Positions 27,639-37,130 of a stretch of 64,000 nt of DNA are shown in pieces. The first letter of the stretch is position 1, and each line of letters begins with the position of its first letter. Under the pieces are notes generated by a model. The model ran no database searches. It was not told the origin of the DNA and saw nothing but the letters and a program-made list of their open reading frames with translations. The position numbers and the translations under genes are program-made. Source of the stretch: Kiritimatiellia bacterium (GTDB lineage: Bacteria > Verrucomicrobiota > Kiritimatiellia > JAAZAB01); NCBI GenBank assembly GCA_040767085.1, contig JAXGPF010000003.1, positions 320,001 to 384,000 of the forward strand, in the 5' to 3' direction.

Positions 27639-28565
27639 CTACAGTGTTCTGACCGCCGGCATCAGGGAGATGGCGACGCGGTCGGCAACATCCTTGCGGG
27701 GGGGGCACATCGCGGAGGTCACGGTGAATTCCAGGGAATGGTCGCGTCCCGTCCGGAAACTGGCCCGGCCGAACCAGTTGGAAGCGGCGGAAGGCGCTCG
27801 CAGCATTTGTTCCGCCGCTTTCAGCGACTCGCAGAAATCGCCTAAAAACCGGCGGTTTACCTGGTGTTCATTTTCGAACTGCAGCAAGCGCACGCAAGCG
27901 GGGTTGACGTATTCGATCAAACCATCGCGATTGCATACCATCAGCCCAAGACAGGTATGGCGCACGGCGTCCAGTTCCAATTCGCGCCGGTCTTCCGCCT
28001 TCTTCCGGCGCTCCAGGCTGCGGATGGTCATCAACAGATCGCCGGGATTCAGATAATGAATGCTGCTGATGGCGATTTCCGCGGGAAACGTTCCGCCATC
28101 CTTGCGCTGGCAATTGGCGTTGATCACGGTAAAGCGGCCGTTTGACACGTGATCGCGGATTTTAGCCAGCACCATGGGATTAAACGCAGTAATCAATTCT
28201 CCGCACGGCAGGTTCCAGAAATCCTCGGCGGGATATTCGAAAAACTTTTCCGCCCGGCCGTTGCTGGCAATAATATAACCCTTGCTGTCTACAATCACCA
28301 CCGCGTCATACAGGCTGGATAAAATCGCCTGATATAACGACCGATCCCGGCTGCGATCAAGCTTTTCGCCGGCAGCCGGCGCCGGCGCGGCAGACGGCGC
28401 CGGCACGGGAGCCGCCGCCGGGAGAGGCGGCGCACTGACAGCGGCCGGCGCCGCGGGCGGCGGGGCGTCCTGCGCAGCCGGCGCCGCCTGCGCTACAGGA
28501 CGGAGCGCAGCGGCAGGTTCGGGCCGCTTGGGGTCCGCGGTATGCAGCCATGACGGTAATTTCAT
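27639..28565 (-). CDS. Stand-alone tandem PAS-domain protein with Pro/Ala-rich N-terminus
   Basis: DAVVIVDSKG...N..AEKFFEY...RKDGGTFPAEIAIS; second PAS GLMVCNRDGLIEYVNPA. Confidence 0.85.
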   Translation of the reverse strand: MKLPSWLHTADPKRPEPAAALRPVAQAAPAAQDAPPPAAPAAVSAPPLPAAAPVPAPSAAPAPAAGEKLDRSRDRSLYQAILSSLYDAVVIVDSKGYIIASNGRAEKFFEYPAEDFWNLPCGELITAFNPMVLAKIRDHVSNGRFTVINANCQRKDGGTFPAEIAISSIHYLNPGDLLMTIRSLERRKKAEDRRELELDAVRHTCLGLMVCNRDGLIEYVNPACVRLLQFENEHQVNRRFLGDFCESLKAAEQMLRAPSAASNWFGRASFRTGRDHSLEFTVTSAMCPPRKDVADRVAISLMPAVRTL

Positions 28566-28600
28566 ATTGATTCTCCGCGTAAGGATTACGGGAGGGGCCG

Positions 28601-29416
28601 CTATTCGGCCAAATCAGACAAATCCATGCGGATCGTCATGGAACTGCGGTCAATTTTCTCTTTCGTTTTCAGCCCCTTCTCCCCCGCTCCCGACTGCGCT
28701 TCCGCTTCGTGCGCCGGCACTTTCAATTGCGACCCGCAGGCCGGACAGACGGCATTCATGCCGATCATCTCCAATGGCGCCTCGATTTCCTGTTTGCATA
28801 CCTCGCAGACAAAAGTCACAAAATTCGAAACGGTTTTCGGCTTGGCGGCGGCGGGAGCGGCGGCAGGCGCGGCAGCCGCGTCCGGCACAACCATCTGGCC
28901 GTTGCAAACCGGGCATTCCGCCGTTTGGCCGCGTTCATTCAACTGCGCCATGATGGTATTGCCGCAATGCGGACAGGCAAAAATGATGCCGCCGGCTTCC
29001 GCCACAGACGGCTCGGCCGGCGCCGCCGCTGCGGCCGGCGCGGGCGTCGCCTCGGATGGAGCGGTGTCCGGCTTGGCAACTTCCATCTCAACCGCAGGTT
29101 CCGGGGGAATTTCGCGGACGATCAGATTCTCCGGCAAAGGCGCCATCTTCTCCCGGGCTTTTTTCAGCGGAATCACCTTGAGAGTATCATGCTCGGCAAT
29201 CAGAAAACGCGTGCGCGTTACCGGATTGAAACGGCGCGACTCCTTGCGGCGCACCAGCTTGAACTTGCATAAGCCCGGGATGGTAAAACCATTGGCGGCT
29301 TCGCGATACGTCATTTCCGCCAGATTAGCCAGCACGCGGCCGACGTCCGCACGCGATAATCCAGTTTCATCCGCAAGCGCCGCTATGATCCCGGATTTTG
29401 TCAGGGATTTCGACAT
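28601..29416 (-). CDS. HU/IHF-like DNA-binding domain fused to two zinc-ribbon domains
   Basis: MSKSLTKSGIIAALADETGLS...FTIPGLCKF...RRFNPVT; CPHC..CPVC and CEVC..CPAC; SD GGAG before ATG 29416. Confidence 0.85.
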   Translation of the reverse strand: MSKSLTKSGIIAALADETGLSRADVGRVLANLAEMTYREAANGFTIPGLCKFKLVRRKESRRFNPVTRTRFLIAEHDTLKVIPLKKAREKMAPLPENLIVREIPPEPAVEMEVAKPDTAPSEATPAPAAAAAPAEPSVAEAGGIIFACPHCGNTIMAQLNERGQTAECPVCNGQMVVPDAAAAPAAAPAAAKPKTVSNFVTFVCEVCKQEIEAPLEMIGMNAVCPACGSQLKVPAHEAEAQSGAGEKGLKTKEKIDRSSMTIRMDLSDLAE

Positions 29417-29768
29417 AAGATATCTCCACCGGAAGTTTGCAATGAAAAACCAACGCATTCAGCCCAATGCGCAGCATCATAGAATGCAGCCAGTATAGAG
29501 CCGCCAGTATCTCCAACTGGTTAATTAAGAATCAGAAAAAACAAAATGTCAATATATTTTTCCAGTTTTTGATATAATGATATAAGCCTGCAGGATCAAC
29601 ATACCCGGCCGCGGCCTTCTAAACCGCCGGTTTAACGAAAGTTTACAGACCACCGGCAGTATAGCGACAGTTTGGCCCATCTGCCGGGCTGCCGTGATTT
29701 TCCGCTGATCCAGTTTTCAGATGGACTTGCATAAAATGGCTGGTATATTAAGTCGGAAAGGATTTTTC

Positions 29769-30680
29769 ATGCCAAAAGCGAAATGCGCCCAACCCGCCGG
29801 CCAGGTCTGGTCGGGGATTATCCCCGCCCTGTTCACACCCTTCACGCCCTCCGATAAATTAAATCTGGAAATCCTGCCCCGGCACCTGCAATTCCTGCTG
29901 GATGCCGGCTGTACGGGATTTTTCGTGGGCGGCAGCACCGGCGAAGGTTTTCTGCAGACCGCCGAGGAGCGCATCCGCTTCGCGGGCGCGGTCATGCGCG
30001 CCCTGCGCGGCCGGGCGCCGGTAATCCTGCATGTCGGCGCAATGCATCCGGGCGACGCCTGCCGCATCGCCGCGGCCGCGGGCAAGCTGGGAGTCGCCGC
30101 CATTTCGTCGGTCATGCCTTTTTATTACAATTACGCCATGGATGAAATTGCCGGTTATTACCGCGCTATCCAGGCGGCCGCCGGCCTGCCGATGATCATT
30201 TATTACATTCCGGACAGCACCAACCGCACCCTGACGCTGGATCAATTCTGCAAAAGCCTTTTGACGCTCCCGGGAGTAGTCGGCGTCAAGTATACCCACT
30301 CGGATTTGAATCAAATGCAGATGCTGGGAGCGCTCAGTCCGCGCCCGCTCACGATCTTCGGCGGGTACGACCAGATGGGGTTGGCATGCCTGGCCATGGG
30401 CGCCCAGGCCCTGATCGGCTCCACGTACAATGTGATTCCGGATTTATTTGTGGCGATGTACCGCGCTTTCCAGGCCGGGCGCCTGGACGAAGCGCGCGCG
30501 CTGCAACTGCGGATCAACCGCTTCCTGCACCGGCTGAAGCAATACGGCAATCGCGCTTATTATGCGGCGCTGCAGGCCCGCGGGATCGACATCGGCTGGC
30601 CGCGCCGCCCGGGCCGGGAAATCTCCCGCCAGGAATTCCGCGAAATCGCCCAACTGGTCAGGCAGTTTGTACCGGCATGA
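29769..30680 (+). CDS. N-acetylneuraminate lyase-like / DHDPS-family aldolase
   Basis: GGSTGEG, PFYY, IYYIP, GVKYT, GYDQ, IGSTYN (NanA-like signature). Confidence 0.85.
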   Translation: MPKAKCAQPAGQVWSGIIPALFTPFTPSDKLNLEILPRHLQFLLDAGCTGFFVGGSTGEGFLQTAEERIRFAGAVMRALRGRAPVILHVGAMHPGDACRIAAAAGKLGVAAISSVMPFYYNYAMDEIAGYYRAIQAAAGLPMIIYYIPDSTNRTLTLDQFCKSLLTLPGVVGVKYTHSDLNQMQMLGALSPRPLTIFGGYDQMGLACLAMGAQALIGSTYNVIPDLFVAMYRAFQAGRLDEARALQLRINRFLHRLKQYGNRAYYAALQARGIDIGWPRRPGREISRQEFREIAQLVRQFVPA

Positions 30681-30713
30681 TCCTGCCCGGCGACGGCCCT
30701 CGCCTATCGGCGA

Positions 30714-32054
30714 TCAATACGCGTAGCAACTGCCGCCGATGAACTCGCGCAGCAGGGAGTCAGACGGCACGCCGGAGTCATCCGTCACGGCGGCGAGCGC
30801 AGCGAGAAATTCGTAGATGCGCTTGGCGCGGATGTAGGCATCCTGGCGCGCCGGGTCGGCGCGGTATTTTTCGATGGCCGGCGCAAAGTAATGAAACAGG
30901 CGGTGTTTGAGGAACGGCAACTCGTAAGGCAGGGCGCTGTTCACCAGGAAGTCCGCCGTGCCGATGAACGGAATGATATGCTGCAATTCGCTGCGGCGCA
31001 CATACCGCCAATGGGTGATGGTAGCCTCGGGCAGCGAATTGCGGTGCCAGCTGTCGCGGATCATCCGGCGCAGCAGCCGGTGGTCGGCCCAGCGCATGAA
31101 CTGGCCGTCTGCCGCCCGGAACTGGCCCAGGGTTTCGATATACAGCCGGAATTTGCGGGCGGGCGGAATGCTGGCGGTCATGGCGTCGTATAATCCGTGC
31201 AGGCTGTCCAGCAACAGCACCTGGTTGGGCCGCAGGGTCACGTCATGGGCGTTCAGCCGGCGCCGGCCGGTCTTGAAATCATAATGCGGCGCGCGCACCG
31301 TCCGGCCGGCCAGCAGTTGTTCCAGGTGGTCGTTGATCAGCGGCAAATCCAGCGCATGGGGCGACTCGTAATCGTAATCGCCGAATTCGTCGCGCGGATT
31401 CCGCTCGCGGTCGAAGAAATAGTTGTCCACGTTGATGGTTTGCAATGCCACGCCCGCCTGGCGCAGATGTTCATCCAATTTCATCGTCGTGGTGGTTTTG
31501 CCGGATGACGAAGGCCCGGCGACGATGACCAGGCGCACCTCGCCGCGGCGCTCCAGAATCAGGCGGGCGGCCTGCCCGATTTCGGCGACGTACCGGCGGT
31601 TCGCGTCCTTGATCAAACGCGGCATTTCACCCCGCCCGACCAATTCGTTCAAGGCCGGCACCGAATCGCAGCCGTGCGCCATGTTCCAGCAGAGCACCTC
31701 GTAGATTTTCTTGTAAGGAATATTGTCGGTGACTTCAAAGGAATAGGCGCGGGTGGCGCGCGCCTGGGCGCGCTGGCGGCGATATTCCATGTAGGCGCGG
31801 GCGGTGTCACCATGGCCGCTTTCGAGAAGCACCTTCTCGACAATATCCTGAATTTCCTCGATGCTGGGCGTGGCGCCGGCGCCGTGGGCGTCCAGCAAGG
31901 CCCGCTCGACTTCCAGGCCGAGGCGTTCCGCCAGTTGTCGGTCCTTGCAGCCCGTCGACACCAAGGCGCGGAAAATCGCCGTGACGATCCGGTCCCGGTC
32001 GTAGGCCACCAGGTTGCCCTGGCGTTTGATGATCTGGGCAATTTTATCGGTCAT
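30714..32054 (-). CDS. ATP-cone + uridine/nucleoside kinase-like P-loop protein
   Basis: IIKRQG...YDRDRI...IEEIQDIVEKVL...ARAYMEYR ATP cone; AGPSSSGKTT, DNYF, PHYDFKTG, RLLRRMIRD. Confidence 0.88.
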   Translation of the reverse strand: MTDKIAQIIKRQGNLVAYDRDRIVTAIFRALVSTGCKDRQLAERLGLEVERALLDAHGAGATPSIEEIQDIVEKVLLESGHGDTARAYMEYRRQRAQARATRAYSFEVTDNIPYKKIYEVLCWNMAHGCDSVPALNELVGRGEMPRLIKDANRRYVAEIGQAARLILERRGEVRLVIVAGPSSSGKTTTTMKLDEHLRQAGVALQTINVDNYFFDRERNPRDEFGDYDYESPHALDLPLINDHLEQLLAGRTVRAPHYDFKTGRRRLNAHDVTLRPNQVLLLDSLHGLYDAMTASIPPARKFRLYIETLGQFRAADGQFMRWADHRLLRRMIRDSWHRNSLPEATITHWRYVRRSELQHIIPFIGTADFLVNSALPYELPFLKHRLFHYFAPAIEKYRADPARQDAYIRAKRIYEFLAALAAVTDDSGVPSDSLLREFIGGSCYAY

Positions 32055-32267
32055 GGCTGAGTCTTTTTTCAAAATGTTCGGAATTCAGGGTTGCCAGAGG
32101 TTGAATCAGGTTCAAAGGTTGTCTGGGTTCGGCATTGGTTTTACACAACCTTCCGTTCCTGCCACGCAAGGTGGCAGGGGACGATTTTTGAAATTGGATC
32201 CTTTCTTGGGAATTGCCGCCAATGTAAGGATTTTCACCGCGGAATTCAAGCGCTTCCGCAGCCCGCC

Positions 32268-34277
32268 TTAATCGGAACGCGGCCCGACACTGGACATGTC
32301 TATCCGGCGGAAGCCCAGGGCAAAAGCCGGCGACCCGGGGTCAAGGGCGAAATTGCCCCGCGCCGGATCGGCAAAACGCGGGTCTGCCACGCGCGAATGC
32401 CGGTCCAGGGGCAGGGTGGAATCGAAACTGCTGGCGGCTTCGCGGTTCGGCATTTTCGTCCAGACGCGCCTTTGCCATTCATCGAATTTCCAGCGCCCGA
32501 ACATGACCGGCTGCCGGCCGGCGCGCCAGTATAGGTTGTCAGCGAAGATTGTGTCGTAGCTGTCCCATTGGTCGCGGGTGAACAATTTACCCGCGGTCCA
32601 ATAGACGATATTGCGCATGAACACATTGGGGCGGTCGGTGTCAAATCCCAGCTGCGCGGTTTTTCCCAGGGCGAAGATGTTGTTGACTATGATGTTGCCG
32701 GTGGTGAACACCTGCGCCCGGATACCGGGACCCAGGGTATGGTGCACAATGTTGTTTTCCACCACGACCCCGCAGGTGGCGCCATCCAGGTAAATTCCGC
32801 GGCTGTCGGAATAACCGTAAATATCATGAATCAGGTTATTGCGGATCATGGTGCCCGGCGCTATGCCCAGGGTATAAATGCCGCCGCCATCGCTAAGCGT
32901 CCGCTTCATCAAGTGATGCACATGGTTGAACTCGATAATGTTGCCGGATGTCCGGTTGGCAGCGTATTCCCAATCCCAGCCGACGGAAATGCCGGTGTAA
33001 TAAAGATCATGCACCTCGTTGTGGGCGATGCGATTGTCATGGCCGCGTCCGACCCAGATGCCGACTGCGCCGAGATATACCCGGCCTCCGGCATGGATAT
33101 GGTTGTCGGTCACATGATTGCGGCAGGCATCCTCCTCCTCCCCGCCGCGCAACACGCTCTCGCCGATTTTGACGCCGCCGGCGCCCAGGTCATGCAGATG
33201 ATTGCCGGCAATGGCATTATCCTGGCATCCCCGGCCGAACTCCACGGCGTAATTGCCCACATGCGCGACTTCGCAGTTTTCAATCCGGCAATGCCGCGCT
33301 CCTGCGGCGGCAATCACGCCCGGCACGTCATATGCCGCCTGGAGCCCCGGGTACCCCCGTCCTGTCAAATTCCAGTCGGCATGCTGGAATGACAACCCCT
33401 GGAAGTGGATATGTTGCACGAACTTGCCGGATTCGGGCCGGCCGGCCAGACGCACCAGCTGTGCGAGCGCCGGCGCCTCGACTTCCGCGTCGCGCGGATT
33501 TTCGCCCCGCAGCGGCCAGTAATAAAGTTTGCCGGCGCGGCGGTCCAGGTACCACTTGCCGGGGCCGTTCAAGCCGGCGCGGATATTGTCCACAAAGAAC
33601 CGCCGGTGGCCGGCGATCGGCCACTTGGCCGGAGTTTGCAGGCGGATGGCGCCGGTGGTCGGACTGAATTCCGCCACGCGCGAGCGTGAAATCTCCCAGC
33701 GATGCAGCACGACGATTTCCGCGTCCGTCATCTCTCCCCAGCGTTGCAGATCGGCCGGCTGGCCGTAAAATCCGCGGCAGTTGCGCGGGTCACGGGCGGC
33801 TTGCGGATGCAACGCGGCGGCCACGGGATAGTACCTTTCCGGATCCGGCAGGCGGGCGCGGCAGCGTCGGACGCCATTGACGAACAACTGGCGAAAATAT
33901 TTTTTGCCTGACTTGACGTCCGGCAAATCGGCGACCCAGAGATTCCTGCCGCGGCGGCGCCAGCCGCCAATGCGCCAGCCGCCGCTGATGACCGGCCGGG
34001 CCGCCGGCGCGGCCGCATAAATCACAGGCGCATCCGCCGCGCCGGAATCGGCGGGCTCGAACACCAGCGGCCGCGGGAGGCGGTACGTGCCGGCGCCGAG
34101 AATCACCCGGATGGGGACGGCCTGGCCCGGCCGCGCTTTCAAAACCTGCCTGACAGCCTGCTGCGCCCGATGCAACCCGGCAAACGGGCCGTCCGTGCCG
34201 CGGGCGTCCGGCTCCGGCAACCGGCCTGACCAGCGGTCATTCCCATTCTGCGCGACATGAAAAACAATTTCTTGCAT
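32268..34277 (-). CDS. Right-handed beta-helix glycosidase, GH141-like
   Basis: FHVAQNGNDRWSG...DGPFA, RQLFVNG..ARLP, HDLYYTGISVGW, SDGGGIYTLG, GIYLD. Confidence 0.8.
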   Translation of the reverse strand: MQEIVFHVAQNGNDRWSGRLPEPDARGTDGPFAGLHRAQQAVRQVLKARPGQAVPIRVILGAGTYRLPRPLVFEPADSGAADAPVIYAAAPAARPVISGGWRIGGWRRRGRNLWVADLPDVKSGKKYFRQLFVNGVRRCRARLPDPERYYPVAAALHPQAARDPRNCRGFYGQPADLQRWGEMTDAEIVVLHRWEISRSRVAEFSPTTGAIRLQTPAKWPIAGHRRFFVDNIRAGLNGPGKWYLDRRAGKLYYWPLRGENPRDAEVEAPALAQLVRLAGRPESGKFVQHIHFQGLSFQHADWNLTGRGYPGLQAAYDVPGVIAAAGARHCRIENCEVAHVGNYAVEFGRGCQDNAIAGNHLHDLGAGGVKIGESVLRGGEEEDACRNHVTDNHIHAGGRVYLGAVGIWVGRGHDNRIAHNEVHDLYYTGISVGWDWEYAANRTSGNIIEFNHVHHLMKRTLSDGGGIYTLGIAPGTMIRNNLIHDIYGYSDSRGIYLDGATCGVVVENNIVHHTLGPGIRAQVFTTGNIIVNNIFALGKTAQLGFDTDRPNVFMRNIVYWTAGKLFTRDQWDSYDTIFADNLYWRAGRQPVMFGRWKFDEWQRRVWTKMPNREAASSFDSTLPLDRHSRVADPRFADPARGNFALDPGSPAFALGFRRIDMSSVGPRSD

Positions 34278-34293
34278 GGCAACATCCAAAAAA

Positions 34294-37074
34294 TTACGGC
34301 ACAGTCAATACCACCGGACCCACCCGGCCATACCCGGAGGCCGAAAGCCAGACGTACCAGCCGCCGCTGGCATCCACTACGGCCGGGTCCGCCCGCCCAT
34401 CTCCGTCGTAGTCCCCGGCCGCCGGCGCGCCCGCAATACCCAGGGCGTAAGGTCCGCCAGGCGCGTACCCGGACCGGGAAAACCATACATGCCAGTTCCC
34501 GCCGGCATCCGTCACCGCCGGGTCCGCCAGCCCATCCCCGTCGTAGTCCCCGGCCGCCGGCGCGCCCGCAACGCCCAGGTTGTACGGCCCGCCAGGCGTG
34601 TATCCGGATCGGGAAAACCATACATGCCAGCTCCCGCCCGCATCCACCACCGCCGGGTCCGCCAGCCCGTCCCCGTCGTAGTCCCCGGCCGCCGGCGCGC
34701 CCGCAACGCCCAGGTTGTACGGCCCGCCAGGCGCGTACCCGGATCGGGAAAACCATACATGCCAGCTCCCGCCCGCATCCACTACCGCCGGGTCTGCCAG
34801 CCCGTCCCCGTCGTAGTCCCCGGCCGCCGGCAGCCCCCCTGTCCCCAAGCCAACCGGGCCGCTGCGCGCATACCCGGCGCCGGCAAACCACACAAAGCAA
34901 TTGCCGGCTGCATCCATGGCGGCTGGATCGGTCCGACCGTCTCCGTCGTAATCGCCGGCCATCGGCGCATAATCCCACACGCGCACCTGGCATGCCACGG
35001 TGTTGGAAGAACTGATATTGATCAGGGTCGGCTCGGTCTCGCAAATCCATGTCACCATGCCGGTGCCGACGGCCATGACGCTCAAACTATCCAAACTGAT
35101 GGCCCGCACCACGGCCGCCGCGGCGTGTGTGCTCAGCCTGGCCGTGACCCGCCGTCCCGCAATCCCGCCGTGATGGACCGCCATGGCGTTGGCGTCAAAG
35201 CCGGGGCTTACCGTTATGGATTCGCGGTTGGTGATGACCGGCAGATCGTCCAGCCTGACGCAATGATAGCCGCCGAACCACAATGCTTCCTGCCCGGCCG
35301 CATTGGTGACAGCCCGCACGCTCCCGTCGCTGCGCGAAGTCAAGCCGGCCGCAAACGCCAGCTTATCGTCCACCGGCGCCAGGGTGATGCTGCCGATGCC
35401 CGACAGGGAAAGAATCCCATTGGATGCGCTGAGGATCAAACCGCTTGGCGAACCGGCCGCAAGGTTGTAATCGGAATACAGCAGGTTATCGGCCAGCCAG
35501 ATGGTTTCGCAGCGGTTCGACCAGGCGGCGGAAATAGCCGGCGGAGTATAGCGCGCGCCGTACAAATATTCGGCATACCCGCCGTACATCAGCCGGTTTT
35601 TATCCGTGCCATCGCAACCATAGGCAATGATTATGTCATGTCCGGCCCGATTGGTGAATGCCAGCTGCAGTTCCGGTTGGCCGGGAATGAAAAATCGCCC
35701 GTTGGCATGCGGACGGTAATTCGTCGTCGCCGCGGAATTGTTCTGGACGTTATGCACGCACGACAAGGAGCCGTTCGTCTCGGCGGTAAACCAATCCACC
35801 CCGTTCTTGGTCACGTAATATCCCGCGGCCGCCTGCAGGGCGGCGTAATCCAGGTTGGTTTCCGCCGGCGCCGGCATGGGCGGGATCGGCGGACGGTCCA
35901 GGCCGGCTTTTTCCTTCACCGCGTAAGCTAATACCTCGCGCACTACCGCCAGCGTCATGTTGTTGGCACAGTTGATGTTCACGAAAATGCCCAACTGCTG
36001 GTCCGGCAACACCTCCAACAAGGCCTCGAACGTGCTCGTGGACCCGTTTTTCGCCCAGGTCCGGCCGGCATAATTCAGCGCCGGATCGTCCACCGTGTCC
36101 AGCCCCAGCCCGGTCTTCAGATAATTATCAACGTCCAACGGCCCGGGCACGGTGTGCACCAGATGGAAAAGCGCATTGGTTGACAGATACCGGCTGCCGT
36201 TGAAAACGCCCTCCGCCAGGAGCATTTTGATTGCATTCGCCATGTCCAGCGGACGGGAATAAGCCCCGCCCGTGGCCGGCATGTTGGCCAGCATCAAGGG
36301 CGCGGGCGCGCCGTCCGCGCTGTATCCCACCGCCAGATTTTCCGCAACCGCGGCCTTGCCCGGCAGAAATGACGAATAAGGCATGTGCAACGGCCCAAAC
36401 ACGCGGTTTTCCGCGACGGCGGTATAATCCGCGCCAGCGTGTCGCGCGATGGCTTCGCCCACTATATTGAAGCCGCTGTTGCAATAACTGACAAACAGTC
36501 CCGGCGGATACAGGGGGTACGCCTCCCGGAAGTATTCAACCAGCCATCTGGTGTAGTCCGGCCAGTAGGGAGCATGTCCAAACGCCCTGTTAAAAATATC
36601 GCCGGGAATCCCGGAACGGTGATCCATCATGGCGCGTAAAGTCCAGGCGGCGGCTTGCCCGGCAAACCGCGGCAGCATGGAAAATTCCGCCACGTAATTC
36701 GTCACGTTGGCGTCAAGATCAAAAGCGCCTTCATCAACCAATTGCAGCGCCATGAAAGACGTCAGCAGCTTCGATACCGACCCGATCATCATGACGGTGT
36801 TGGTGGTGGCCGGTATGCCGCGCTCCAGGTCGGCATACCCGAACGCTTCGGCCCAGACCACTTCCTGGCTGTTCACCAGGGCAAGCGTCAGCCCGGGAAT
36901 GTTATGTTCCGCCATCAGGTTGGTTATATAGGCCCGGCCGGCAGCGATGGTGTTGGTTAGCCCGGCGCCCGCGGCGGAATGCCAGCACAAACACCCCGCC
37001 AGCCACACCACGGCCGGTTTTGATAAAACTGCCCGAACCGGCATACAATCTCTCCAATTTTTTCCAAATTGCAT
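34294..37074 (-). CDS. Secreted serine hydrolase (class C beta-lactamase/peptidase S12 fold) with C-terminal FG-GAP-like repeats
   Basis: SxxK (GSVSK), HRSG, YxN (YCN), KNG; five GDYDGDG repeats; SD GGAGG. Confidence 0.88.
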   Translation of the reverse strand: MQFGKNWRDCMPVRAVLSKPAVVWLAGCLCWHSAAGAGLTNTIAAGRAYITNLMAEHNIPGLTLALVNSQEVVWAEAFGYADLERGIPATTNTVMMIGSVSKLLTSFMALQLVDEGAFDLDANVTNYVAEFSMLPRFAGQAAAWTLRAMMDHRSGIPGDIFNRAFGHAPYWPDYTRWLVEYFREAYPLYPPGLFVSYCNSGFNIVGEAIARHAGADYTAVAENRVFGPLHMPYSSFLPGKAAVAENLAVGYSADGAPAPLMLANMPATGGAYSRPLDMANAIKMLLAEGVFNGSRYLSTNALFHLVHTVPGPLDVDNYLKTGLGLDTVDDPALNYAGRTWAKNGSTSTFEALLEVLPDQQLGIFVNINCANNMTLAVVREVLAYAVKEKAGLDRPPIPPMPAPAETNLDYAALQAAAGYYVTKNGVDWFTAETNGSLSCVHNVQNNSAATTNYRPHANGRFFIPGQPELQLAFTNRAGHDIIIAYGCDGTDKNRLMYGGYAEYLYGARYTPPAISAAWSNRCETIWLADNLLYSDYNLAAGSPSGLILSASNGILSLSGIGSITLAPVDDKLAFAAGLTSRSDGSVRAVTNAAGQEALWFGGYHCVRLDDLPVITNRESITVSPGFDANAMAVHHGGIAGRRVTARLSTHAAAAVVRAISLDSLSVMAVGTGMVTWICETEPTLINISSSNTVACQVRVWDYAPMAGDYDGDGRTDPAAMDAAGNCFVWFAGAGYARSGPVGLGTGGLPAAGDYDGDGLADPAVVDAGGSWHVWFSRSGYAPGGPYNLGVAGAPAAGDYDGDGLADPAVVDAGGSWHVWFSRSGYTPGGPYNLGVAGAPAAGDYDGDGLADPAVTDAGGNWHVWFSRSGYAPGGPYALGIAGAPAAGDYDGDGRADPAVVDASGGWYVWLSASGYGRVGPVVLTVP
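34300..34956 (-). repeat. Five intragenic tandem 135-bp (45-aa) GDYDGDG repeats
   Basis: GTCGTA anchor at 34405, 34540, 34675, 34810, 34945; middle copies nearly identical. Confidence 0.93.
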
Positions 37075-37130
37075 ATTCAACCTCCAGTAACCGCTGAACT
37101 TTGCACCTCACGGAACCATTTCTGCCTGGC

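Noticed and set aside
32090-32230. 6S RNA (TTGAAC...TTCAA resemblance)
   Set aside because: I could not find a long closing stem or central bubble; kept only as a structured leader.
34294-37074. Antibiotic-resistance beta-lactamase
   Set aside because: The SxxK/YxN fold is shared by esterases and peptidases, and the long multidomain architecture is unlike AmpC.
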